Shown piece after piece: positions 10,873 through 22,045 of a DNA stretch of 64,000 nucleotides. The stretch spans positions 14,981 through 78,980 of the forward strand of contig JAISYH010000018.1 in assembly GCA_031270015.1 (NCBI GenBank), written 5' to 3'. This stretch comes from Burkholderiales bacterium (lineage in GTDB: Bacteria; Pseudomonadota; Gammaproteobacteria; Burkholderiales; Casimicrobiaceae). The position numbers were made by a program, and so were the translations under genes. The notes beneath the pieces are model-generated. The model saw only the letters and a program-made list of their open reading frames with translations. It ran no database searches and had not been told where the DNA came from. Position 1 is the stretch's first letter, and each line of letters begins with the position of its first letter.

Positions 10873-12903
10873 TCAGTATGGCCTGCGCCTGCGGACAACA
10901 ACGACCAACACAATTCCCAGGCCAGTCAGCAATAGCATCCAGAAGGCGTTTGTCGGGATGGCTTCGATGCTACCCGTGCCACCATTTCCGCTACGGGCAG
11001 ATTTCAGGTACCAATTTTTCTCTGCTGCGGTGTTGCTGGTACCCCGTACCAATGAATATTCCCAGCCGTTGATGTTCAGCGGTGACGCCAGGGTAAAAGT
11101 AGCATTGCTGTTGCCGGTTACACTGAGTACCAGGATGCCGTCACCAGAAACAGTTTCGGCGCCACTGCCGCCCGTGTTGGTAATGCGAATTCTACCTGTA
11201 CCCGAAGTATTGCCATCGATGGTCAGCACATCATTCGAAGCAGTAGAAGTTCCATCATTCAGTTCGGTATCCAATGCAATGGTGCCGCCGTTGGCCACAA
11301 CATTACCTGTGAGAGTGTAGCTTGTCGCATTGGTCACACCGGCGCTGGCATCCAGGGTGCCGCCCGCATTGAGTGTGAGTGTACTCAGAGTCGATGTTTC
11401 GTTATAGCGTGTGGCTGTGGTGCGCCCTTCCAGATTCCAGACCGAGGCTGATCCGGACAGGTTGATATTGACCAAAGAACCGTTGGAACGTGTACTTCCG
11501 GTAACGACAGAAGTATCATAAACGGCTAATGTGAGTTCTGCTGTACCGTCTGAGGTATCAATCAGGTAGGCGTCTGTACTTGCCAGAGTGTTAACCGTTG
11601 TGCTGCTGGCTCCGCGCAATTGCAATTTGCTATCCTTCGCATTGCTATCCAGATGAATGAGTCCACGCGGAACAGAAATGTTGGCATAGCCGCCAGTCAG
11701 GGTATAACTGTTCAGATTGACTAGATTGCCATTGCCTGCGCCAAAACGGATGGAAGGACCGCGCTCCGCAGTCAAAATACCAGAGGATGTCGAATATCCG
11801 GCATTGAACTGGCTCACTGTCGTCCCATTGCCATTTTCTATTCTCAGGGCGGTATCGATCTGGTCCGGGAAAAGGAAAACAATCAAAGCAGGGGCGTTAT
11901 TGATGGCGCTGATTCGGCCTGGCGCATTCACAATACCCGGACCACCTCCAGTTCCGTCGCCCCAGGAAGCGCCGGATTTACCTGCCTGAATGCTGTCAGA
12001 ACGTTCTGTAGCGATGGTGATGGTCGTGCCTGCTGCCTGGTTGATTTGTGGAACGATAGTTAGTGCGTCCCGTTTGGGACCGGAAACATAAAGCCCGCGC
12101 GAACCAACCCCTTGGGTCGTGATATTTGTATCGCCATTGATGTTAATGATGCCAGAACGGATAGCGCGTATGGAAGAGTTGCTTCGCGCGGCATAAGGAG
12201 ATGCGAGTATAAAGGGACTTGTTTCTCGAATCTGTCCGCCACCAATCGTTACTTGCGCCGGCGATCCATAAGTCGAATAGGCGCTGTCAGCCAGCACGCC
12301 ATAGATGAAATCATGTCCAAGCGCGGCGTCGATGTGAATGTCCACTGTCCTGCCGGTAGTCTGGGTAATGATACTGTTGTCAGCGTAGGCGAATATACCG
12401 TTGCCGTTTGATCCTGTGGTATGAATTATAACGTCGCCATTCAACTGGATTTTCCCCTCCGATACAGCATAGATCGCATAGGATATCTGTGAATGTGTTG
12501 TCGCCGAAAGCCGCTCCAGAGAAATTTCACTGCCCGCTCCGGAAGCCTCAACCGCATTGTTGTATGCCAGGGCTGTCGTTGTATCCGTTGTCGTCTCAAC
12601 AGTAGCGGGTGAAATAACAATAATCTTGCTTCCCATTTCGGCAAAAATACCCTTGGCAGAAGCAAATGCGCCTGCATCCGAAGTAACGTTCAGAGATGAC
12701 AGATTGTGGTTGAGTACACTGCCTGTGCCTGAGGCATGAACAGCCGCCATGTTACTGGCGTTGATGTTGTAGGTCGAACTGGTAGCAGAACAGGTGGAAG
12801 AGGTTGTGCTGGCAACAGTATTAGCGTTGTCTAACGTACACACCTGCGAAAAAGAGGGTGTGGCAAGCGTCAGCATGATGACAAGAGCGAGAGTTTTCTT
12901 CAT
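10873..12903 (-). CDS. Secreted beta-helix (autotransporter-passenger-like) repeat protein with an IPTL-CTERM-like C-terminal sorting or anchor signal
   Basis: Signal peptide 'MKKTLALVIMLTLATPSFSQ'. The body is G/T/S/N-rich and repetitive (for example 'GGTLDASAGVTNATSYTLTGNVVANGGTIALDT'), with the pertactin-like 'WEYSLVRGTSNTAAEKNWYLKS'. The C-terminus is 'IPTNAFWMLLLTGLGIVLVVVVRRRRPY'. There is no beta-barrel translocator domain. Confidence 0.65.
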   Translation of the reverse strand: MKKTLALVIMLTLATPSFSQVCTLDNANTVASTTSSTCSATSSTYNINASNMAAVHASGTGSVLNHNLSSLNVTSDAGAFASAKGIFAEMGSKIIVISPATVETTTDTTTALAYNNAVEASGAGSEISLERLSATTHSQISYAIYAVSEGKIQLNGDVIIHTTGSNGNGIFAYADNSIITQTTGRTVDIHIDAALGHDFIYGVLADSAYSTYGSPAQVTIGGGQIRETSPFILASPYAARSNSSIRAIRSGIININGDTNITTQGVGSRGLYVSGPKRDALTIVPQINQAAGTTITIATERSDSIQAGKSGASWGDGTGGGPGIVNAPGRISAINNAPALIVFLFPDQIDTALRIENGNGTTVSQFNAGYSTSSGILTAERGPSIRFGAGNGNLVNLNSYTLTGGYANISVPRGLIHLDSNAKDSKLQLRGASSTTVNTLASTDAYLIDTSDGTAELTLAVYDTSVVTGSTRSNGSLVNINLSGSASVWNLEGRTTATRYNETSTLSTLTLNAGGTLDASAGVTNATSYTLTGNVVANGGTIALDTELNDGTSTASNDVLTIDGNTSGTGRIRITNTGGSGAETVSGDGILVLSVTGNSNATFTLASPLNINGWEYSLVRGTSNTAAEKNWYLKSARSGNGGTGSIEAIPTNAFWMLLLTGLGIVLVVVVRRRRPY

Positions 12904-14140
12904 GATTACAAGATTTTTATATGAATTTATATAAGTGGTAAGATTTTAGATTATAATATTATTACTATTCGGCTATTTGGTCTAGGTTTTAAAAAATTTT
13001 CTAGGCAGCGTCGTTATGAGATTGTGTTTAAGGATGATCGAATCAAACGCAAAGTGCAATAACATAGATTGTCAATGAATGGTCTAACCTTGCTATTCAT
13101 GCAAGGCTTATATGAACTGTCTGAATACTTGATACGAGATCTTTCACTCAAGCTTCTATTCAAGAAGCTTGTTCATCATGAGTTTTTCCTACTGATTCTG
13201 TAAGCTTATCCACAACGGCATGCCGCTTGCCGTCGATAACAGTTGTTACGCAATTGGAAGAATTGATTCGACGAATTTCAATTTATTTTTTGATTTCTGT
13301 CTCATCCGTTTGTAGCTTCGTCATCTTGTATCACCATGACTCAATAGCTACTATGAAATGGCTTTTTGGAAAAGAAATCGAAACCATCTTCTTAGCGCAA
13401 CCCGAGGCGATTATATCTAACCACAACAATCTGAACGAATCCTGTCTACCGGCCGGAGACAAATATTGGTTGATATGATCCGGGGACAGACTTTGATGTC
13501 CTGCAAATCGTTTCAACGGCGATATTTTTGCCGCCCATCACCTGATACGTGGAATTGGTACAAGCATTTCCGGCAAGCGAGAACCGTCATCATGCTTATC
13601 AGAGCGCGCCATCCGAAGATAAAACGCGGCAGACCGAAGCGTGGAGCGCGGACTGCGATAGGCTATTGGCGTTGACGCTTATAATTGGAAAGCATCATGA
13701 TGAATGTGGTTGCTCATGCTGTTTCTGTCATCATCGGTCAAATGGTGACAGGAGGGAGCGGCAGATGGCGGGACCGCTTTTCATTCAGGAGAAAGAAGAA
13801 AATATTTTTTCCTTAGTGGTTACCGAAAAGCAATTGCGTATCTTTCTTGTATGCGAAAAAGTTTTGTCACGCCAGATGATTGGAAGCATCAAACGATAAT
13901 AGGTTATTACCCTGAAGTGATACGTCAAACTATGGAAGAGCGTTTCACATTAATGGAAAAAATGTTGTGTTGTCCCGGCCAAGCGTCCAAAACGAGGGGA
14001 CGGCTGAGTAAACAGTAAATAAACGGCAAAGCTTCGAAACGTCCTGATTAGGAAAGCTTACGCAATGGCGGCAATGCGTACCGTCGTTTTTGTTCAATTC
14101 AAATTTTTGGTCACGACGGGGGTGGTAATTATGTCTATTT

Positions 14141-14169
14141 TTGTACAAACTTAAATTTTGCCTTATAAT
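14141..14169 (+). promoter_or_regulatory. Sigma70-type promoter candidate (TTGTAC, 17-nt spacer, TATAAT) ahead of the yedE-like gene
   Basis: The -35 TTGTAC is at 14141-14146 and a perfect -10 TATAAT is at 14164-14169. This would give a leader of about 210 nt before the ATG at 14386. Confidence 0.4.
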
Positions 14170-14385
14170 CGGCGCGCGGATAAGGCGGCGATTTCGCTCG
14201 CCTGGTTCCCTGTCTTTTTCTCAAACGCCATTATTGTCCGGTATATGTGGCAAGTCGGGTGTTTGCAGCATTTCCTAGTTTAGAGCGCGGCGCAAGCGCC
14301 GGTGTATCTTGTCTTTGTATGTCAAGACGTGAGGTTTGTGCGCGCTCGTTCATTCATAGTTTTTATTTACCGAGTGGAAGGTTTT

Positions 14386-15465
14386 ATGTCGAAAACAATG
14401 ATATTGATTATTGCTGGCGCGATTATCGGTGCGCTGGCGTTGGCGCTCAGCAGTTACGGCAATCCGCCGAACATGGGTGTTTGCGTTGCGTGTTTCATGC
14501 GGGACATCGCTGGCGGCATGAAGTTACATACGGCGGCGCCGGTACAGTATATGCGTCCTGAAATTTTTGGTTTCGTGTTGGGCGCTTTTGCCGCCGCGTT
14601 ACTTGCGCGGGAATTCAAGCCTAGCGCGGGTTCCGCGCCGTTTCTTCGTTTTTCGCTGGGCTTTTTCATGATGGTCGGTTGTTTGGTATTTCTCGGTTGT
14701 CCGTTGCGAATGGTGCTGCGCATTGCCGGCGGCGATTTGAACGCCGTGGTTGGGTTGGCGGGATTCATCACCGGTATCGTAATCGGCGTCGTTTTTCTAA
14801 AGAAGAATTTTGCGTTGACGACGAACAAGCCGCAACTGAAAAACGAAGGCGCATTGTTCCCGATCATTTGCGCGGCGATATTGTTATTGATGTTGGTTCA
14901 GAGCGGACTTTTTTCTGCCAGCGAAAAAGGTCCGGGCTCGCAACACGCGCCAATGATTCTGTCGTTGATTGCCGGACTTGCGATTGGCGCCATCGTGCAA
15001 CGCACACGCCTTTGTTTTATCGGTATGATCAGCCACATCTTCTTGTTTCGCCGCTTTGCGATGTTGTTCGGTGTCATCGCGCTGACGGCGGTAGTGTTCA
15101 TTGGTAATTTGTGGTTGGACAAATTTAATCTCGGTTTTGCCAATCAACCGATTGCCCATAGTGATGGCGTTTGGAATTTTTTATCGTTGATGTTGGTCGG
15201 ACTTTGCGGCGCGTTTATCAGCGGTTGCCCGTTGCGGCAGTTGGTACAAGCCGGACAAGGCAATGCCGATGCGGCGATGACGGCATTGGGGTTATTGCTT
15301 GGCGCGGCGTTTGCGCATAATTTTTCGCTAGCGTCCAGCGCGGCAGGCCCGACAACGGGCGGGAAAATCGTTGTGATCGTTGGTTTGATTTTCGCGTTGG
15401 CGATTGGCGTACTTTATACGTCGGCGTCTACGAAAGGTGGCACAACACAAGCGTCAATCCCCTGA
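14386..15465 (+). CDS. YedE/YeeE-family membrane transporter (sulfur or selenium compound transport family)
   Basis: 'GNPPNMGVCVACFMRDIAGG' near the N-terminus and a second conserved Cys segment 'ISGCPLRQLVQAG'. The protein is hydrophobic and multi-pass throughout. SD-like GGAAGG lies 5 nt before the ATG at 14386; the longer ORF from 14302 is unlikely. Confidence 0.7.
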   Translation: MSKTMILIIAGAIIGALALALSSYGNPPNMGVCVACFMRDIAGGMKLHTAAPVQYMRPEIFGFVLGAFAAALLAREFKPSAGSAPFLRFSLGFFMMVGCLVFLGCPLRMVLRIAGGDLNAVVGLAGFITGIVIGVVFLKKNFALTTNKPQLKNEGALFPIICAAILLLMLVQSGLFSASEKGPGSQHAPMILSLIAGLAIGAIVQRTRLCFIGMISHIFLFRRFAMLFGVIALTAVVFIGNLWLDKFNLGFANQPIAHSDGVWNFLSLMLVGLCGAFISGCPLRQLVQAGQGNADAAMTALGLLLGAAFAHNFSLASSAAGPTTGGKIVVIVGLIFALAIGVLYTSASTKGGTTQASIP

Positions 15466-15485
15466 AAACGGGCAATAAAAAGAAG

Positions 15486-15515
15486 ACGCGGCGGCGGAGA
15501 AACACGCCGTCGCGT
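15486..15515. terminator. Bidirectional hairpin between the convergent yedE-like gene and gatB
   Basis: An 11-bp stem with one G-U pair (ACGCGGCGGCG / CGCCGTCGCGT) and an 8-nt loop. T-rich tracts follow on both strands. Confidence 0.5.
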
Positions 15516-15521
15516 TTATGT

Positions 15522-16961
15522 TTATTGCAATGCTTTTTTGAGCAATTCGTTAACTTGCGCCGGATTGGCTTTGCCGCGCGATGCTTTCATGATTTGACCG
15601 ACTAACGAATTGAACGCTTTTTCTTTGCCGGCGCGGTATTCTTCGACCGCTGCGGGATGCGCCGCCAGCACATCAGCGATGATTTTTTCTAATGCGCCAA
15701 CATCGGAGATCTGTTGCAAACCGAGTTCGGCGATGATCTCGGCGACGCTTGCCGAAGTATTTGCGTTCTCCCAGAGTTTTTGCAATATTTCTTTTGCGCC
15801 TTTGTTGGAAAGCGTTCCGTTTTTGATGTTGATGATTAGCTCGGCTAATTGCGCCGATGAAACGGGAATGTCGGCGATTTCGATTTCTTCGCGGTTCAAC
15901 GCAGCGGATACATCGCCGAGCATCCAATTCGCCGCGATTTTCGCCGCGTCTTTGCCGGTGATGGTGACGACTTCTTCAAAATAACGCGCAAAATCGAGGC
16001 TATACGTCAACTGCGCCGCATCATATTCGGGCAGCGCGTGATCAAGGATCAGTCGCCGCCGCATCGCTTCCGGTAATTCCGGCATTTCATTTTTGACGCG
16101 AGCGATCCACGCATCGTCGATCACCAGCGGCGGCAAATCGGGGTCGGGAAAATAGCGATAATCCTGCGCATCTTCTTTGCTGCGCATCGAGCGCGTTTCG
16201 CCGCGATCGGGATCGAACAACCGCGTTTCTTGTACGACTTTGCCGCCATCTTCGATTAATTCGATCTGTCGTTGCACCTCAAATTCGATGGCTTTTTCGA
16301 GAAAACGGAAGCTGTTCAAATTTTTGATTTCGCAGCGCGTGCCCAAAAGCTCGCCGACGCGCCGCACCGACACATTGGCGTCACAGCGGAAACTGCCTTC
16401 CTGCATGTTGCCATCGCAAATATCGATCCAGCGCACCAGGGCATGCAACGCGCGAGCATACGCTACTGCTTCTTCGGCGCTGCGCATATCCGGCTCGGTG
16501 ACGATTTCGAGCAACGGCGTACCAGCGCGGTTGAGATCGATGCCGGTCATTCCGTGAAAATCTTCGTGCAGACTTTTACCGGCGTCTTCCTCGAGATGCG
16601 CGCGCGTCAAATGCACGGTTTTTTCTCCAGATTTGGTCTGGATCGTCAAGCTGCCGCCCAGGACGATCGGAATTTCGTATTGACTGATCTGATAGCCTTT
16701 TGGCAAATCGGGATAGAAGTAATTTTTACGCGCGAACACGCTGGTGGTATTGATCGTCGCGTCGATTGCCAGCCCAAAACGGATCGCGCACTCGATCGCG
16801 CCGCGATTGGCAACCGGCAATACGCCGGGCAGCGCGAGATCTACCGCGCAGGCTTGAGTGTTGGGTTCGGCGCCGAATGTCGTCGATGCGCCCGAAAATA
16901 TTTTTGACTGTGTGGCAAGCTGCGCGTGCGTTTCCAGTCCGATAACGATTTCCCAGGTCAT
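15522..16961 (-). CDS. gatB: Asp/Glu-tRNA(Asn/Gln) amidotransferase subunit B
   Basis: 479 aa with '[15 protein letters not shown]', 'LPGVLPV', '[15 protein letters not shown]' and a C-terminal YqeY-like tail. Confidence 0.95.
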   Translation of the reverse strand: MTWEIVIGLETHAQLATQSKIFSGASTTFGAEPNTQACAVDLALPGVLPVANRGAIECAIRFGLAIDATINTTSVFARKNYFYPDLPKGYQISQYEIPIVLGGSLTIQTKSGEKTVHLTRAHLEEDAGKSLHEDFHGMTGIDLNRAGTPLLEIVTEPDMRSAEEAVAYARALHALVRWIDICDGNMQEGSFRCDANVSVRRVGELLGTRCEIKNLNSFRFLEKAIEFEVQRQIELIEDGGKVVQETRLFDPDRGETRSMRSKEDAQDYRYFPDPDLPPLVIDDAWIARVKNEMPELPEAMRRRLILDHALPEYDAAQLTYSLDFARYFEEVVTITGKDAAKIAANWMLGDVSAALNREEIEIADIPVSSAQLAELIINIKNGTLSNKGAKEILQKLWENANTSASVAEIIAELGLQQISDVGALEKIIADVLAAHPAAVEEYRAGKEKAFNSLVGQIMKASRGKANPAQVNELLKKALQ

Positions 16962-17734
16962 GTATTTTTCCTTGAGGACGTTTTGGTCGTCGCAGGGTTT
17001 TTCTCAGCAGAGTTCAACTTGACAAGTGTTGACCAGTCAATATCTCCATTATCTAGGCAGAACCGATTAAGAAAATCCCGAGTAAAAGAATTGCAGATTC
17101 TCTCGTATGCCAAGAGAAAAGCCTCGTTCTTTTCTTTAGCGCGATGTCCCAATGATTTAATAAGATCAAGATAAAGAGAAGGACGTCCGGAAATCAAAGA
17201 CCAGAAGGGCTCTCCGCAGAGTTTAAGATAACCATCTTTTTCTGGTTTGTTATCTCGACCGTAACAACAACCATTAATAGCAACAATGTGCTTTTTTGAG
17301 CTATTGCCGCCTAAAATTCGGTAAGCTTTTTTGAAATTTTCTTCCATACGACGAATCTGTTGGCTGTTGCCCCAATTGGGTCCGGATTTAATGGAAACAA
17401 GATAATAAATTTTGGCGCGGGAAAACTCGAGATCTATTCCTTCCGCGCTGGATTTTTTCCCGTTAAAGGATTGTGAACAGGTGTAAACAGCGACTTTTTC
17501 CAAAAAATCACCAAACAAAATTTCCTCCCGAGAGGAAAGATATGCGGAAAGCAAACTCTCAATGATTTCCGCGGCGGTGTTTAAATGCTTGGCGCGGAAC
17601 AGGTAGGGGTTTTTTTGCAACAGTATTCTATCAAGCCTGAGCTCATTCAAACTTCTCAGACGGTTTTCATGAAACTCGTGAATATTTTTTTCGATGAAAG
17701 AGCTTAGCTTTTTTTTAAAAGGATCAATTGCCAT
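16958..17734 (-). CDS. Putative type II restriction endonuclease (resembles the Eco47II/PmeII type), uninterrupted ORF
   Basis: 'KNPYLFRAK', '[26 protein letters not shown]' (a D...(S/E)xK arrangement compatible with a PD-(D/E)xK core) and 'INGCCYG'. G+C is low. The stop overlaps the gatB ATG as ATGA (16961-16958). An alternative upstream ATG lies at 17776. The family assignment is from memory and was not searched. Confidence 0.55.
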   Translation of the reverse strand: MAIDPFKKKLSSFIEKNIHEFHENRLRSLNELRLDRILLQKNPYLFRAKHLNTAAEIIESLLSAYLSSREEILFGDFLEKVAVYTCSQSFNGKKSSAEGIDLEFSRAKIYYLVSIKSGPNWGNSQQIRRMEENFKKAYRILGGNSSKKHIVAINGCCYGRDNKPEKDGYLKLCGEPFWSLISGRPSLYLDLIKSLGHRAKEKNEAFLLAYERICNSFTRDFLNRFCLDNGDIDWSTLVKLNSAEKNPATTKTSSRKNT

Positions 17735-18081
17735 AACTCGCTCGCTTTTCAAAAAGAGCATATTGTTTTTCTTCAAAGAGAGTTTTTGCCTGAGCGCAAT
17801 ATTCCGCCAGTATTTCTATACCAACAGCATTCCTTCCTAGTGTGCTCGCGGCTTTTAACGTTATTCCCGAACCCATAAACGGGTTTAGTACCCAGTCACC
17901 CATTGGCGCCATAACATTTTCCTGGTTCATCTTGAATTTCCGTGATTTTGTGAAATGCAAAAGCCTTTCCCCGTTTTCTGCTTTTTCTTTGATGTTCAAC
18001 ACAAAGGAGCCGGAAGATTTGAGGAAAGCGTTTTAACACGTTTTCGCAATCGCCTTGAAAAATATTTGTTTCAATGCTCAT
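17724..18081 (-). pseudogene. Remnant of a beta-class (N4-C/N6-A) DNA methyltransferase, frameshifted and internally deleted
   Basis: It starts '[20 protein letters not shown]', with its ATG overlapping the gatA TGA as ATGA (18081-18078). A second frame reads 'SGSFVLNIKE...GDWVLNPFMGSGITLKAASTLGRNAVGIEILAEY' (motif I). No (D/S)PPY motif occurs in any frame, and only 358 nt remain. Confidence 0.65.
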
Positions 18082-19550
18082 GAAATTCCTTGTTTGGGCG
18101 CTTTGGTATGCCAATCCGTCGCTTGTTGGAATTGATGGGCGACATTGAGGAGACGCGCTTCGCTGAAATAATTGCCTTGCAACTGCAAACCAATCGGCAA
18201 GCCGTTCGAATTGAAACCACACGGAATCGACATTGCGGGCAATCCCGCCAGATTCGCGCCGATTGTAAAAATATCGTTCAAATACATTTTGATCGGATCG
18301 TCGATTTGCTCGCCGAGACGTGGCGCGGTGGTCGGCACGGTGGGTCCGGCAAGAATATCGCATTGCGTGAAAGCTTTTTGGAAATCGTCGGCAACCAGCC
18401 GTCGCACTTTTTGCGCTTTTAGATAATAAGCATCGTAATAGCCGTGCGAGAGGACATAGGTGCCGATCAGAATGCGGCGTTTTACTTCCGTACCAAAACC
18501 TTCCGCTCGCGTTTTTTTGTACATGTCGAGTAAGTCGGTATATTTTTGGGCGCGGTATCCATAGCGCACACCATCGAAACGCGACAAATTGGACGACGCT
18601 TCCGCCGGCGCCAAGACATAATAAACAGGCACGGAAAAAGCGATGTTCGGCAACGATAACGGCACGGTGATCGCGCCGAGTTTACGCATGTCGTCAAGCG
18701 CGGCTTCGACGGCGGCGCGAACGGATGTTTCCACGCCATCGTCGAAATATTCCTTTGCCAATCCGATACGTAAACCCTTTAATGGAAGAGCGAGGTCGCG
18801 CGCGTAGTTTTCGCGCGGGCGGTTCAGCGATGTCGAATCGCGGGGATCGTGTCCCGAGATTGCGGCAAGCACGAGCGCGCAATCTTCAGCAGTGCGAGCG
18901 AAAACGCCGGCTTGATCCAAGCTGGACGCGAAAGCGACCATACCGTAACGCGAGCAGATGCCATAAGTGGGTTTGATGCCGCAAATGCCAGTGAATGCCG
19001 CCGGTTGTCGAATGGAACCGCCGGTATCTGAGCCAGTAGCGGCGGGAATCAAACGCGCGGCAACCGCTGCCGCCGAGCCGCCGGAACTGCCGCCCGGCAC
19101 ATAATCGGTATGCCAAGGGTTTTTCACCACGCCAAAGTACGACGTTTCGGTGCTGCCGCCCATTGCGAACTCATCCATCGCCGTTTTGCCGACTAATACC
19201 GTCCCGGCGTCTTTGAGCAAAGTGACGATATGAGCATCGTAAGGCGCAACATAATCGAAAAGCATTTTCGATGAACAAGTCGTGCGCAACCCCTCTGTCA
19301 TGAAAATGTCTTTGTGCGCGATTGGCACGCCGGTGAGCGTTCCGGCTTGTCCGTTCTTGCGGAGCGCGTCCATCGTTCGCGCGGTTTGCCGCGCGCCGTC
19401 ACCGTCAATGCTGATAAAAGCGTTGAGCGTAGGCTGCGCCGCTTCGATTTCCGCCAGCGCGTTTTCGGTCAGCTCCAACGAGGTACATTCGTTTTTCGTC
19501 AGCGCCGCAGACAGCTCGACGACCGTTTTTGTGTTCCAGCTACCGCTCAT
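18078..19550 (-). CDS. gatA: Glu-tRNA(Gln) amidotransferase subunit A
   Basis: 490 aa with the amidase signature '[13 protein letters not shown]' and '[25 protein letters not shown]'. Confidence 0.95.
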   Translation of the reverse strand: MSGSWNTKTVVELSAALTKNECTSLELTENALAEIEAAQPTLNAFISIDGDGARQTARTMDALRKNGQAGTLTGVPIAHKDIFMTEGLRTTCSSKMLFDYVAPYDAHIVTLLKDAGTVLVGKTAMDEFAMGGSTETSYFGVVKNPWHTDYVPGGSSGGSAAAVAARLIPAATGSDTGGSIRQPAAFTGICGIKPTYGICSRYGMVAFASSLDQAGVFARTAEDCALVLAAISGHDPRDSTSLNRPRENYARDLALPLKGLRIGLAKEYFDDGVETSVRAAVEAALDDMRKLGAITVPLSLPNIAFSVPVYYVLAPAEASSNLSRFDGVRYGYRAQKYTDLLDMYKKTRAEGFGTEVKRRILIGTYVLSHGYYDAYYLKAQKVRRLVADDFQKAFTQCDILAGPTVPTTAPRLGEQIDDPIKMYLNDIFTIGANLAGLPAMSIPCGFNSNGLPIGLQLQGNYFSEARLLNVAHQFQQATDWHTKAPKQGIS

Positions 19551-19843
19551 TCGATCACCTTGGGCACGAGAAAAAGACCTTTTTCGACTGCCGGCGCGCC
19601 GCGTTGATAGTGGTTACGATGTTCCACCGTGTTCGGTTCGTTGACCACATCGTCGCGGAGCGGCAGCGTGATCGGCTGCGCGTGCGCCATTGGCGCGATA
19701 TCGTCTGTATTCGGTCGTGATAGGTCGTCGATCATATTGAAAATCGAGGTTAGCGTCCTGTGCAATGCAAGGAGATCGGCGTCGCCAAGCTCCAGTCGCG
19801 CCAAATGAGCGATACGCCTGAGGTCTGCTTCAGAAAGTTCCAT
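19547..19843 (-). CDS. gatC: Glu-tRNA(Gln) amidotransferase subunit C
   Basis: 98 aa starting '[19 protein letters not shown]'. It overlaps gatA by 4 nt. Confidence 0.9.
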   Translation of the reverse strand: MELSEADLRRIAHLARLELGDADLLALHRTLTSIFNMIDDLSRPNTDDIAPMAHAQPITLPLRDDVVNEPNTVEHRNHYQRGAPAVEKGLFLVPKVIE

Positions 19844-19959
19844 ACCATGCTCGCAAATCTATCGCACGCGATTCGCGCAAACCCTTTGCGCTTTAGTGAC
19901 AAGATGAAAAAATCGGCGTGCCGAAATGAAGTAGGATAGGTTATCATACGAAACCGTAA

Positions 19960-21090
<1,131 letters not shown>

Positions 21091-21172
21091 TCGCGCGCAG
21101 GATTGGAAGCGGTTTGGGAAGTTTTGGGAAAGGAGGCAAACCTCTTTTTTGACTTGAGATGGATATACTTTG

Positions 21173-22045
21173 ATGTACCCCGGAGAACCACTGCCCTCTC
21201 TTTATCGCGGACCTTCCGTTCTAGCGCGATTCGTTTTTTTTGCTCTGCTCGCGCTCACGCTAATTTTTGTCGATTCCCGCTACCATTATCTCGAAACCGC
21301 GCGCAACAGTATCACCACGGCGCTCTTTCCGTTGCAAAGTGTCGCTCGCTTGCCCTCTTGGGCGTATCGTGAAGTTTCGGTGTATTTCCGCAACAAGGCA
21401 GTATTGAGCGAAGAAAATGAAAACGTGCGGCGGCAATTGCTGGAGTACGAGCATACCGAGCAGATGATCAAAAGCGTCAGCCAAGAAAATGAACAATTAC
21501 GCGCATTGCTTGGCATCCGCGAAGCGGCGCGGCGCCAGGTGTTGTCGGCGGAAATTTTTCATGATGTGCGCGATCCGTTCGTGCAAAAAATTGCGATCAA
21601 CAAAGGTGAGCGACACGGCGTTCGTGAAGGCGCCGCAGTGCTCGATGCGCGCGGCGTCGCCGGGCAGGTAACGCGGGTGTTTCCATGGACGGCGGAAGTT
21701 ACCTTGATCGTGGAAAAAGAGTTCATTACGCCGGTGCAAAATCAACGCAGCGGCGAACGCAACGTATTGTACGGGATGGGCGCGGGACAACCGATGGAAT
21801 TGCGCTTTGTGACGCCAGACAGCAATATTCGCGTCGGTGATAAATTGGTGACGTCGGGGTTGGAAAATATTTATCCTGAAGGATTGCTCGTAGCGATTGT
21901 CAGCGCGATCGAAAACAATCCCGAAGCATCGTTTTTGTACGTGACCGCAACGCCAGTCGCCGATATCGGCAACAGCCGTTATCTGTTGGTCGTCGAACCG
22001 CATCAACCATTACCACTGTCGGAGAAAGATGAGGGTAAGTCATGA
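21173..22045 (+). CDS. mreC: Rod-shape-determining protein MreC
   Basis: It has an N-terminal membrane anchor, the coiled-coil 'ENENVRRQLLEYEHTEQMIKSVSQENEQLRALL', 'GVAGQVTRV' and 'YPEGLLVA'. Its position is between mreB and mreD. Confidence 0.85.
   Translation: MYPGEPLPSLYRGPSVLARFVFFALLALTLIFVDSRYHYLETARNSITTALFPLQSVARLPSWAYREVSVYFRNKAVLSEENENVRRQLLEYEHTEQMIKSVSQENEQLRALLGIREAARRQVLSAEIFHDVRDPFVQKIAINKGERHGVREGAAVLDARGVAGQVTRVFPWTAEVTLIVEKEFITPVQNQRSGERNVLYGMGAGQPMELRFVTPDSNIRVGDKLVTSGLENIYPEGLLVAIVSAIENNPEASFLYVTATPVADIGNSRYLLVVEPHQPLPLSEKDEGKS

Noticed and set aside
13206-13214. A second perfect DnaA box (TTATCCACA) in the coding desert.
   Set aside because: It is isolated, with no neighbouring boxes or AT-rich unwinding element. 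About 0.5 perfect boxes are expected by chance in 64 kb on both strands, so one extra copy is not evidence of an origin.
13227-13899. Short ORFs in the desert (83, 69 and 116 aa) and the 67-aa ORF at 13945-14148.
   Set aside because: They have no recognisable motifs, odd Cys/His/Arg-rich composition, no ribosome-binding sites, and mutual overlaps. They are more likely non-coding or decayed DNA.
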